This document shows, in pieces, positions 15,632 to 28,026 of a stretch of DNA of 64,000 nucleotides. Source of the DNA: Balanoglossus misakiensis (taxonomy: Eukaryota > Animalia > Hemichordata); NCBI GenBank assembly GCA_040954595.2, contig CM082591.2:248001-312000 (forward strand), read 5' to 3'. The translations under genes were made by a program, and so were the position numbers. Below the pieces are notes generated by a model, which was given only the letters and a program-made list of their open reading frames with translations, was not told the origin of the DNA and ran no database searches. The stretch's first letter is position 1. The number at the start of each line of letters is the position of its first letter.

Positions 15632-18600
15632 TGTGCGACGTACCAGTGTAATACACTCGAATAGTACAGCGCCGCTACAGTTCAGTGGTGCTCATGAAAA
15701 TGACATTTTCCGACTATGCGAATTTGTAATTTTTTGATATTTCTCATGGGTTATAGCTCATGATAATCATTAAAATCTCACTATTTTTCGATTTTCAGAA
15801 ATTTGAAAGTTTCATCATTTAAAAAAAAAATCATGGGTTATAGCTCTTGAAAAATATTGTAACGAAAATTATGTCGGACTGAGGTCCCAAAAATTGTCAA
15901 GCCTTAGTGAATGACGAACCTTGGACCAAACAGCCAGCTCAACGGTAGCGTAAACGTAGCACGATCGAGCCTTGACGGCGTAGACGTTACAAGTCCTGGT
16001 TCGATTTACCTTGCGCACGACAGAACGTGCGCTAAAAGACGTGCTGGAAAAATGCAGCATAAAGTGCTACCCGAACGACCTGAGCGTTGCGCTCACACAA
16101 ATACCAAGAAAAACCTCGGAATTACGATCCGTAGATGAATAAAACTCTCAGAGGTTACAGAAGAGTGTTCCCACAAACGTGGAGAAGGGTTTGAACGAAA
16201 ATAGAAAGATAGAGGGAAAGTACGAATTCAGATCACTACACACGAGAGCACGATGCTCACAGTTCAACCGCCATGTCTCGTCTGATTTTGGATGTCGAGG
16301 GGAGTCACTATACATGCAACAAGTCCACGTGATACAAGCTGCGCCCCAATCGTGGAAAATGGACAGTTCCTCCTGCTACAGGGTGGGTGTCTCAGTCTGA
16401 GAATCAGGAAAAAGTCGCATTTCTTGAGATACGAGTCTAGTGTGCAGGTGCGAGGTACACTGGACGAAAAAATCGATAACGCTAGTTAACATAAGAACAA
16501 TAGAAGCAACACCTGGGGAAAGTCTACAGCTGCAGAACGCAGTTCCTCTTGCTACAGGGTGTCTCAGTCTGAGAATCAGGAAAAAGTCGCATTTCTTGAG
16601 ATATGAATCTTGTGTGCGGCGACGTACCAGTGTAATACACTCGAATAGTACAGCGCCGCTACAGTTCAGTGGTGCTCATGAAAATGACATTTTCCGACTA
16701 TGCGAATTTGTTATTTTTTTATATTTCTCATGGGTTATAGCTCATGATAATCATCAAAATCTCACAATTTTTCGATTTTCAGAAATTTGAAAATTTCATC
16801 ATTTAAAAAAAAAAATCATGGGTTATAGCTCATGAAAAATATCAAAAAATGACATTTTTCCGACTTTACAAATTTGTCATTTTTTGATGTCTTTCATGGG
16901 TTATATAGCTCATGAAAATCATCAAAATCTGACAATTTTTCGATTTTCAGAAATTTGAAAATTTCATCATTTAAAAAAAAAATCATGGGTTATAGCTCAC
17001 GAAAAATATTGTAACGAAAATTATGTCGGACTGAGGTCCAAAAATTGTCAAGCCTTAGTGAATGACGAACCTTGGACCAAACAGCCAACTCAACGGTAGC
17101 GTAAAAGCATGATCGAGCCTTGACGGCGTAGACGTTACAAGTCCTGGTTCGATTTACCTTGCGCACGGCAGAACGTGCGCTAAAAGACGTGCTGGAAAAA
17201 TGCAGCATAAAGTGCTACCCGAACGACCTGAGCGTTGCGCTCACACAAATACCAAAAAAAACCTCGGAATTACGATCCGTAGATGAATAAAACTCTCAGA
17301 GGTTACAGAAGAGTGTTCCCACAAACGTGGAGAAGGGTTTGAACGAAAATAGAAAGATAGAGGGAAAGTACGAATTCAGATCACTACACACGACAGCACG
17401 ATGCTCACAGTTCAACCGCCATGTCTCGTCTGATTTTGGATGTCGAGGGGAGTCACTATACATGCAACAAGCCCACGTGATACAAGCTGCGCCCCAATCG
17501 TGGAAAATGGACAGTTCCTCCTGCTACAGGGTGGGTGTCTCAGTCTGAGAATCAGGAAAAAGTCGCATTTCTTGAGATACGAGTCTAGTGTGCAGGTGCG
17601 AGGTACACTGGACGAAAAAATCGATAACGCTATTCAACATAAGAACAATAGAAGCAACACCTGGGGAAAGTCTACAGCTGCAGAACGCAGTTCCTCTTGC
17701 TACAGGGTGTCTCAGTCTGAGAATCAGGAAAAAGTCGCATTTCTTGAGATATGAATCTTGTGTGCGGCGACGTACCAGTGTAATACACTCGAATAGTACA
17801 GCGCCGCTACAGTTCAGTGGTGCTCATGAAAATGACATTTTCCGACTGTGCGAATTTGTCATTTTTTTTTTATATTTCTCATGGGTTATAGCTCATGATA
17901 ATCATCAAAATCTCACAATTTTTCGATTTTCAGAAATTTGAAAATTTCATCATTTAAAAAAAAAATCATGGGTTATAGCTCATGAAAAATATCAAAAAAT
18001 GACATTTTTCCGACTTTACAAATTTGTCATTTTTTGATGTCTTTCATGGGTTATATAGCTCATGAAAATCATCAAAATCTGACAATTTTTCGATTTTCAG
18101 AAATTTGAAAATTTCATCATTTAAAAAAAAAATCATGGGTTATAGCTCATGAAAAATATTGTAACGAAAATTATGTCGGACTGAGGTCCAAAAATTGTCA
18201 AGCCTTAGTGCATGACGAACCTTGGACCAAACAGCCAACTCAACGGTAGCGTAAAAGCACGATCGAGCCTTGACGGCGTAGACGTTACAAGTCCTGGTTC
18301 GATTTACCTTGCGCACGGCAGAACGTGCGCTAAAAGACGTGCTGGAAAAATGCAGCATAAAGTGCTACCCGAACGACCTGAGCGTTGCGCTCACACAAAT
18401 ACCAAGAAAAACCTCGGAATTACGATCCGTAGATGAATAAAACTCTCAGAGGTTACAGAAGAGTGTTCCCACAAACGTGGAGAAGGGTTTGAACGAAAAT
18501 AGTAAGATAGAGGGAAAGTACGAATTCAGATCACTACACACGACAGCACGATGCTCACAGTTCAACCACCATGTCTCGTCTGATTTTGGATGTCGAGGGG

Positions 18601-20842
18601 AGTCACTATACATGCAACAAGCCCACGTGATACAAGCTGCGCCCCAATCGTGGAAAATGGACAGTTCCTCCTGCTACAGGGTGGGTGTCTCAGTCTGAGA
18701 ATCAGGAAAAAGTCGCATTTCTTGAGATATGAATCTTGTGTGCGGCGACGTACCAGTGTAATACACTCGAATAGTACAGCGCCGCTACAGTTCAGTGGTG
18801 CTCATGAAAATGACATTTTCCGACTATGCGAATTTGTTATTTTTTTATATTTCTCATGGGTTATAGCTCATGATAATCATCAAAATCTCATAATTTTTCG
18901 ATTTTCAGAAATTTGAAAATTTCATCATTTTTCAAAAAAAATCATGGGTTATAGCTCATGAAAAATATCAAAAAATGACATTTATCCGACTTTGCGAATT
19001 TGTCATTTTTTGATGTCTTTCATGGGTTATATAGCTCATGAAAATCATCAAAATCTGACAATTTTTCGATTTTCAGAAATTTGAAAATTTCATCATTTAA
19101 AAAAAAAATCATGGGTTATAGCTCTTGAAAAATATTGTAACGAAAATTATGTCGGACTGAGGTCCCAAAAATTGTCAAGCCTTAGTGAATGACGAACCTT
19201 GGACCAAACAGCCAGCTCAACGGTAGCGTAAACGTACGACGATCGAGCCTTGACGGCGTAGACGTTACAAGTCCTGGTTCGATTTACCTTGCGCACGGCA
19301 GAACGTGCGCTAAAAGACGTGCTGGAAAAATGCAGCATAAAGTGCTACCCGAACGACCTGAGCGTTGCGCTCACACAAATACCAAGAAAAACCTCGGAAT
19401 TACGATCCGTAGATGAATAAAACTCTCAGAGGTTACAGAAGAGTGTTCCCACAAACGTGGAGAAGGGTTTGAACGAAAATAGAAAGATAGAGGGAAAGTA
19501 CGAATTCAGATCACTACACACGACAGCACGATGCTCACAGTTCAACCGCCATGTCTCGTCTGATTTTGGATGTCGAGGGGAGTCACTATACATGCAACAA
19601 GCCCACGTGATACAAGCTGCGCCCCAATCGTGGAAAATGGACAGTTCCTCCTGCTACAGGGTGGGTGTCTCAGTCTGAGAATCAGGAAAAAGTCGCATTT
19701 CTTGAGATACGAGTCTAGTGTGCAGGTGCGAGGTACACTGGACGAAAAAATCGATAACGCTATTTAACATAAGAACAATAGAAGCAACACCTGGGGAAAG
19801 TCTACAGCTGCAGAACGCAGTTCCTCTTGCTACAGGGTGTCTCAGTCTGAGAATCAGGAAAAAGTCGCATTTCTTGAGATATGAATCTTGTGTGCGGTGA
19901 CGTACAAGTGTAATACACTCGAATAGTACAGCGCCGCTACAGTTCAGTGGTGCTCATGAAAATGACATTTTCTGACTATGCGAATTTGTAATTTTTTTTA
20001 TATTTCTCATGGGTTATAGCTCATGATAATCATCAAAATCTCACAATTTTTCGATTTTCAGAAATTTGAAAATTTCATCATTTTTCAAAAAAAATCATGG
20101 GTTATAGCTCATGAAAAATATCAAAAAATGACATTTTTCCGACTTTACAAATTTGTCATTTTTTGATGTCTTTCATGGATTATATAGCTCATGAAAAATA
20201 TTGTAACGAAAATTATGTCGGACTGAGGTCCAAAAATTGTCAAGCCTTATTAATTAGTGAATGACGAACCTTGGACCAAACAGCCAACTCAACGGTAGCG
20301 TAAACGTAGCACGATCGAGCCTTGACGGCGTAGACGTTACAAGTCCTGGTTCGATTTACCTTGCGCACGGCAGAACGTGCGCTAAAAGACGTGCTGGAAA
20401 AATGCAGCATGAAGTGCTACCCGAACGACCTGAGCGTTGCGCTCACACAAATACCAAGAAAAACCTCGGAATTACGATCCGTAGATGAATAAAACTCTCA
20501 GAGGTTACAGAAGAGTGTTACCACAAACGTGGAGAAGGGTTTGAACGAAAATAGAAAGATAGAGGGAAAGTACGAATTCAGATCACTACACACGACAGCA
20601 CGATGCTCACAGTTCAACCGCCATGTCTCGTCTGATTTTGGATGTCGAGGGGAGTCACTATACATGCAACAAGCCCACGTGATACAAGCTGCGCCCCAAT
20701 CGTGGAAAATGGACAGTTCCTCCTGCTACAGGGTGGGTGTCTCAGTCTGAGAATCAGGAAAAAGTCGCATTTCTTGAGATACGAGTCTAGTGTGCGGCGT
20801 TGACCTAGCAATTCCGTGAGAATATTTTTCATGGGTTATAGC
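15632..20842. repeat. Tandem array of five near-identical 0.9-1.15 kb units with nested subrepeats
   Basis: Units start at GACGTAC at 15637, 16621, 17769, 18747 and 19899, with lengths of 984, 1148, 978, 1152 and about 900. The TCATGGGTTATAGCTCATGA motif recurs, and an internal direct repeat of about 80 bp is present. Confidence 0.97.
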
Positions 20843-22053
20843 GGTTCAAACTGACGAAAGAATACAATCCACGTATTATTATTTTCAAACACCAATTTAA
20901 TACAGTTGATAATACAAATATAGCAATTATTAAAAACGGGTGAACAATCTTAATAAATACAAACAATATGTAAAATCATGTTATTACATGATGCCCCTAT
21001 GAAAATGAGTTTATTTCCTAAGAGTAATATTCCTTTCCTCCTCTTATATCTGAGTGACCAAGATTGAGAAAAAAACGTCCACGTTTCGAACAGGATAAAT
21101 CTTTGGAAATTCAAAGTGGTGTAACGGATACACAGTGCAGCATTGTAAATAGCCTTACTATTTCATGACGTCATGAGCTGCATCTCCCTACATTTGAATA
21201 ACAATTACGAAATGTTTCATATAAACAGAAAATTCGTACGCATGAGCAGTACTGACGACCGCGCCTCATTTTGTTTACATATCACTCTCATACGTCTGTA
21301 AAGATAAAGAAGTACGAACTAAGCCTTGGTAAATTTCTGTACTGATGATCACTTTATAAAGTTTTAAAAATATAGTCTGAGTGGTGACTGAGTCATGCGT
21401 CTGGTCGTTTCATGGTATTTCCGTTAATTAGTGATCATAAATATATAATATATAAAAAAAAACTTTTAATTAATGAACAATATTATAAACAGTAAAAAAT
21501 ACAATAGGTACATGTGCATGGACCGTACAAGAAAGACTAAATTTAACACCTAGCTAGTATTAAAAACCTTTTAAAGATACATTTCAATCGGAAAATATTA
21601 CTTGCTTCCAAATCTGAATATAAAAAATCGTTACCATTTCAACTGTACAGAAAATTGTCGAATCTGTACAGAAAAGTTACACCTGCTGTCCGTTAAGCGA
21701 TAAAACGCTAAACATCCTTGTGTCCATTCGAACCCGAATTAAATCATATCCGAGCGCAGAAAATTTCCACGCGTTTCGGAAACACACAATGCAAAGCTGG
21801 TTTACTGATGGTATAATCATTTTTTTTCTTGGAATATGTTTCCTAAATAAAGTTTCAACAAATATTAGTCACAAAGAATCGGTAAAGCTAATACATGTAG
21901 TTAAATTCTTTGGTATAATCATGCAATGAAATGAGACAAAAAGAATAATTACATCAAGATCATGAAGAGGTATGACTATACTTTTATTACCATAAGTCAT
22001 CCTCTGACTCATTTATCCAACATTCTTGGCAATTATGAAGAAATCTTGTTTAT

Positions 22054-23247
22054 TCAGGTATTGTTGGGATTTGTCATGGTAACGTCCACCATGTTGGATC
22101 TGACACGCCCAAAGGTAATCAGCTTCAAGAAGTCGTGACGGATTCTGCTATTGGTCAAGGCGTACAGAATGGGATTGATCGTCGAGTTGCACCACAATAG
22201 GTAGTTGACTACTTCCCAGGCATTCTCAGTGAAACAATCTTCACATATGATGACCAAGATAGAATAGATGTAATATGGCGCCCAGCACACCACGAAAACA
22301 CCAACCAAAACAGCTAGAGTCTTTGCTGCCTTCTTATGTTTCGAACGCAACTGTGGGTTCTTTGGTGGGTTCCTTGGTTGTTTTCTGTTTGTGCTGTCGA
22401 TATTCTGATCCATATTTACGGATTTGCCGTCTGCCCAAGCCAGGCGTCTCTTTTCTGGTGTGTAGTTCTTTCGGTTGGCGCTGGTTTCATCGTGTGATGT
22501 TGACGCGTTGTTGGGTGTCTGATCGAGAGCTGCTGTTGAGGGCTGCGAAGCCATGGGGATCTTTGTCAGCAGTCCCTGGGAGCGTTTGCGAATGTTCATG
22601 TACACCGACATATTGAGATATCCAATGACCATCAGAGGAGTAATAAACTCGATTATCAGCAAAATAACATTGTACAAGAAGTTGTCGACCATTTCAATTT
22701 CGCAATTGTCTGAGTAGTCGATGTTTCTCTCACCGGTGATGGCGCTCCAGCTTAGCAACACAGGCGCATATATCAGGATGGCAACAACCCAAGTACAAGA
22801 ACATTTGATAATTGTCTTACGCTTGGTCTGCACTACCATGTACTTAATTTCGCTAGTCAACAGGAGATATCGATCCAGACTGATCAAGATAATGGCCAAT
22901 ACGGATTCAAAGCATGCAACAAAGTCGATTACAACCCATAGTTTGCAAACTGTTTCACCGTATGGCCAATAACCATGTAAAACCCATGATGTGTTCAAAG
23001 TCAATGAGAACACTCCAACCAGGAAATCGGAGCAGGACAGATTCAGGATATACAAGTTGCTGACCTTTGACCTCAAGACTGGATCGACGATGAAGAATAT
23101 TATGATACACAAATTGCCAAAAACTGTGACAAAGATGATAACAGCAAGAGTTGTTGCAATAACCGCGGATGTTGAAGTGGAGTAAGGTGCTTCAAATTCA
23201 TACGAGGAACTGTAATCTGACGACGAATCGTTAATGCTGTCATCCAT
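22054..23247 (-). CDS. Class A aminergic GPCR, histamine H3/H4 receptor-like, intronless CDS, 397 aa
   Basis: Seven TM segments with GN (TM1), LSCSD (TM2), WPYGETVCKLW, Asp3.32 in VIDF, ISLDRY, IEFITP (TM5 Glu as in H3/H4), CWAPY, and LLWCNSTINPILY. There is a splice acceptor in the 5' UTR at about 23280. Confidence 0.9.
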   Translation of the reverse strand: MDDSINDSSSDYSSSYEFEAPYSTSTSAVIATTLAVIIFVTVFGNLCIIIFFIVDPVLRSKVSNLYILNLSCSDFLVGVFSLTLNTSWVLHGYWPYGETVCKLWVVIDFVACFESVLAIILISLDRYLLLTSEIKYMVVQTKRKTIIKCSCTWVVAILIYAPVLLSWSAITGERNIDYSDNCEIEMVDNFLYNVILLIIEFITPLMVIGYLNMSVYMNIRKRSQGLLTKIPMASQPSTAALDQTPNNASTSHDETSANRKNYTPEKRRLAWADGKSVNMDQNIDSTNRKQPRNPPKNPQLRSKHKKAAKTLAVLVGVFVVCWAPYYIYSILVIICEDCFTENAWEVVNYLLWCNSTINPILYALTNSRIRHDFLKLITFGRVRSNMVDVTMTNPNNT

Positions 23248-26200
23248 AATGCTGTATTCAGTTGTTCACTCTTTTATTTCTGTGAAGAGAAACAAAACAG
23301 AAAGACGTTATTTCGTCTTCATGCGAACGATGACCTGGCAGCCACTGAATTGATGTTTGTGCCATTCATTGCCAGGTTATGGTTTAGTCATAATTGATAT
23401 GTATTGGTGGTATAATCATGGAAGATAATGTGACTACCATCAGCCCATATGTTGCTAAATTCACCCACAAAACCGAATATTGTGCTTACCCGCATAGGCA
23501 ACCATTTATTTTATTTTGATTGATGTTACAAAAATCCGCGCAAAACGTTGCTACCACAACGCAATGTGATATACCATATGGTAAATGTCATTGAATTTCG
23601 AAAAACAGTGGCAGGGTGTACAAACGGTTCTAACAATGCTTGCATGAGGAATCCAAAGTATTTCAATATAGCTGTTTATGAAAATGCCAATTTCGACATT
23701 GTCATTAAAAACCTTGAAACGTAAAGATTGGCGTTTGCAAAATATTTTCAATTCGTATCGTTCAATTTCACAGCGAAATAATAGGCCTTCTGTATCCAGG
23801 CTCCGTGGATTGACGTAAATGTACGTAGCCATGGAAACGAAATGAAAGCGAGGATAAAAGTACGGAACTGTTCTGAAGTAAAATTTGAAATCTCCGGGCC
23901 TTGAGGAAACGTAACACGGATTTTACTTAGTAACGTCGAACAAGTCGACGCTTTGAGTGACAACGCTGTACAGTGTCAGAAATTATGGGATGTGCGTTGA
24001 ACAAAAGCATAAGTGAGTTTGTAGAAACTTCACGGGGTGCCGTATCCTACTTTGAAGGCGAAGTTTACAAGTCTAAGAAAATATGAAGTTCCAAATGTCA
24101 GCATGAGTTATCATAATCTTTCGAGTTCAGTTTAATTTCCGTTCGTCAGAGAACACCACGTGAACCATCACTTTACAACTTACAAGTCGACAAGTTAGAA
24201 TTACTCCGCTTTGCACTTGATTATTATCACGGTATGATTGAAGATCCAACATATTATTCTCAAAGGTCACAATACTTTTCTTGGCGTCCATCAATGCTGA
24301 TGGTTTGACATACAGACAATTGTCTTTTTCCATGAACGCTGTATGATACAACATTAACAATGCAATGTAAGCAGAGCTAACGACATCCAATATCGTCGCG
24401 TGGACCCTAAATAGACTACCGCGCAACCAATTGTCTGGCCTTTTCAATCATGTTGTCAAGTTTTGAATGCCTACGAAGTTAAAATCACATTCGAGCGAAA
24501 CAATCATGCATAGATGTCAAACATGTTGAAGTCAGAATGTGTTTAATCTATTGTTTGATGTACGAAAATAGAACTATTCAACGTTTGTGCCAAGAAATTT
24601 TGTAATACACGTAATTTTAGTCACCCACTTTTCCTATAGTCACCTTTTCTCACAAAAAATGGCGACTGAGAGCACTTCCTTTCGTTTCCTACGCAACTAG
24701 TTAATTCGCACCGGACAAAATTCAGCCGCAAAAATCTCATCCGTTGTTAACTTTCATAGAAATCTTTGAAGAAATCACGAGTTATATTTTCGATTGACCG
24801 ATTGTTTCAGAAGACATTGTTAGGTACAACATGTCACGTTTTTGACTCCGAAAGTCCCTGATCTTGATTTTGTCCAAAACGCCGATTTGTTCAAGACGCT
24901 AGAGTAGTTCTACCCAATTACAAACACTACCTTTACGATCCAAAGTGACAGTGTAGGACTCATTGAACGGCCAAAAATATTATATTTGAGTAATGATTTC
25001 AACAGAGAGAACTATTTGTCCAGAGCTTGAAGATGGTGAAGTCACTTCTCATCCCGCGCGATTTCACAATGATGGCAAGGATTATCACTGTCTCTTTGTA
25101 GTCAAACATTGCCTTCCAGGCAACTACATGTCTATAACACAACATTTTCATTCCACCTCTGCCCTTCAGAATATCTTGCTCTAGGCGGTAGGTGATGAGG
25201 ATTGGGAGTGCGTGACAACTGTTACAAATGAGCTTCCATAATGAACAGAGACCAGGCAAGTGTGATTGTCCGATAGCAACCTTGTTCAGCACTGAGGTAG
25301 GCACAAAGCCGAAGCATATCGCAAATTAAAACTCAACGATGTTTTGGAGATACGCGCACTACATAATATGTAAACGCTGCGCGATATAATCGAATGGATA
25401 TGTTTCACTCACTTTATTCGGTAGCCATTGGTAACGAATAAGAGGACACTTTCCGGTTAACAAAAAAAACGCTTCCCTTTTTTTTCTTTACACAGTGATT
25501 AACTAAAAAGTTAAGATCAGTGAATAGACGAGACAAACTAAAAGCAAGTTCATAATCGATTCATTTCCGTGTCTTTTGAGGTTTTATCGAGACCTCTGTT
25601 GATTTATCGGCATTAATAATATAAAGGTGTTGACAATGGGAATGGTTCAAAGTCCAATGCCAGAGTGTTTGGGGAAACTAAAAAATACGAGGTATCAGGG
25701 TAACTGTCCGATTAATAGGAACAGAAGCAATTATATGAACGAGCAAGTTTGTATTAAAGTCCAAAGCAATATTGTAATTAGTCCAATAACCGCTATACAT
25801 GGTTTCTACTTTCCCGAAATCAATCAGATTGGAAAACATAGAAATAACATGTAAGACTATCAGACAATCAGAAACATAGCAATGTGTTTTAACTGGCATA
25901 TCAAGTTTCCTTGCTCGAATTTTTCTCTAATGTAGGTGATTAGGAAATTAAAAAAATGATATTAAATACAGGAACTCTTGCCAGACTTACTTTTTTCTTA
26001 CGATCTGCAAATCTTTGTTCAATAATTGGATGAATGCAGGGAGCCTTTCCACCGAAAGCATCCTTAACTATCTTACACAAACCATGTATTTACAGAACAC
26101 GCAAAAGTGAACTAAATTTTTAACGAGAATGCTGTTCATCCAATCTTCTGTTCAACCAATGTTCATACAATTGTAAAAAAAAATTGGCGTTGGCAAAGCC

Positions 26201-27953
26201 GTTCTTTCCAGACAAATTAGCATTGCAATCCTTCCTACGGCGCAAAGAAACCCGAGTGGCTGACTTTGCATGTGATCCTTGCAATCTTATTTCGAGCTTC
26301 TAGAAAAGGGGAGCATGTTTCACTGGTTGCAACTAAGGAAATGTCAGCGCGAGAGTTGCCTTTGATCTGATAACAAATTTCTTAATTCTCTCCACGAAAG
26401 AACGTTCAGTAAGCTTACATTATGTGATTCTGTAACTTGGTTTATCAAATAAACGTATCACAATTTAATGCAAGACACACCATCTCCCCAAAAAGCAATC
26501 CCTCGTCGACTACTGAAAAAAAGAACTGAAGCCACAATGTTTAACCTTAGGACAAAACAAGCAATTTACCTGCATGTATGGTTGAAAACCTTTAATCGCC
26601 GGGTGGTAAATGATCAGTGGCTCAGTCAGATCATAAAACTGAGCAGATGTTGTTTGAAGGCTGTTCTAATGATTTCCATGCATGCTCGAAATATTGAAGA
26701 GAACGACTGCTGCTTCGCGCTCTTGACATTTACAAATAATTCTTGGTATTTCTGTAAACTACTTCTTCAAACATTTTGTTTTTCTCCTTAACATGAAGGG
26801 CTGTTTTCACGAGTGATGCCGTATGTTCTGTCTGTATTCTCCACATCAGAATACGAATCTCCCGTTCACCGCACTGCAGATCACGTGTAGAGTACATGGA
26901 GTTCTCATATTGCTTGGTTTTGGGCGGAAATTGAAATTTCTTGATTTTCAGTACAGTGACGCAACACTGATGACGCAAGCTTGTGACGGCCGTTGGTTGG
27001 CCAAGTTTTACGCAGCTATTGTTATACAAAGCGAGACTATCAATAGTAAGCAACTGGGGTCGCGAAATCGCATCGGCAACTTGAGACAACTTTGATGAAA
27101 GCGCGAGTGAATCCGTCATTTCATAAATGCTTTACCTAAAACTTGACATGAGCCATTTCTGAAGTCATTTTATTGACTGATTATCTTCCCCTCCTCTCTG
27201 TCCGACAGTCAGCGACCGCCCATAAAATGATAGTAGGTAGTGTCCAGGGGGTATGTAGAGATTAGAAGCAACAACTGATCCCCAAGAAAATGTCAGACTT
27301 GATGTCACAACCTGTATCAAAGTCCCATTTTGCAGTTTATCGACGGATTATGAATGTTTTATAGTAATTAATTTAAATCCCGGCTAAAAATAAAAAAGGA
27401 GATTTAATGTTTCATATTAAGGTAGATAAACTTTCATTTACGTCAATAAAGTGTATGGGCGTATCTGTGTTATCCGTACCGCGCCTTTCTGACAATAATC
27501 TGCCTCGGTCGTTGAGAGCCTATGTTACTACATAGACAAAGGGTTATTTCTACATTCAAAGGCGTCTCCGTTTGGATTGCTGCGGGCTGGTGGGAAGGCG
27601 CGCGCGGTGCATCTCTTGGACAAATGATCGCTGATGGCATATTGTCGCTAGTCTCTCGATTGTGAATGTTCACTTTGGGATTAAAATAAGGTGGTGTCAC
27701 ATTTGTGGCAGGATTTCCATGTTGTTTTCGAAACTCCTCACTTTTTCGTATTTTTGCCAGAGGTCTTTCACGGGTTTGACTTCGTTCAGTTTACGTTGTT
27801 GGTTGTTTCCTACTCTTTGCTTGACCCATGATATTTTGAAACATGAATAAATATAATCATGATTTATTTTGTTTCACGCGTAATCCATTCCACACATGCG
27901 TAATGATACCGCAAAGGATCATGGTTTGGCTTTTAACCAGTACTGTCAAAAGT

Positions 27954-28026
27954 GTGTTGCGTTGTGTTGTGTTGTGTTGTGTTGTGTTGTGTTGTGTTGT
28001 GTTGTGTTGTGTTGTGTTGTGTTGTG
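27954..28026. repeat. (GTTGT)n pentanucleotide microsatellite
   Basis: 13 perfect GTTGT copies at 27961-28025. Confidence 0.97.

Noticed and set aside
15887-16035. Minus-strand snRNA or spliced-leader RNA (AAG|GTAAAT donor-like site, AATTTTTGG Sm-like site, a TTCTGTCGTG stretch reminiscent of U11)
   Set aside because: There is no extended match to U1, U2, U4, U5, U11 or U12. The U11-like 10-mer differs in the other units, and such short motifs are expected by chance. An Rfam search would settle it.
15680-20200. Repeat-spacer pattern as a CRISPR array
   Set aside because: The spacers are re-used rather than unique, the context is eukaryotic, and there are no cas genes.
15869-20832. Recurrent short ORFs in the tandem array (MEKGLNEN..., MLHFSSTS..., MTNLGPNS...)
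   Set aside because: They recur only because the DNA is repeated. Indels between units change or break them, and no domain is recognisable.
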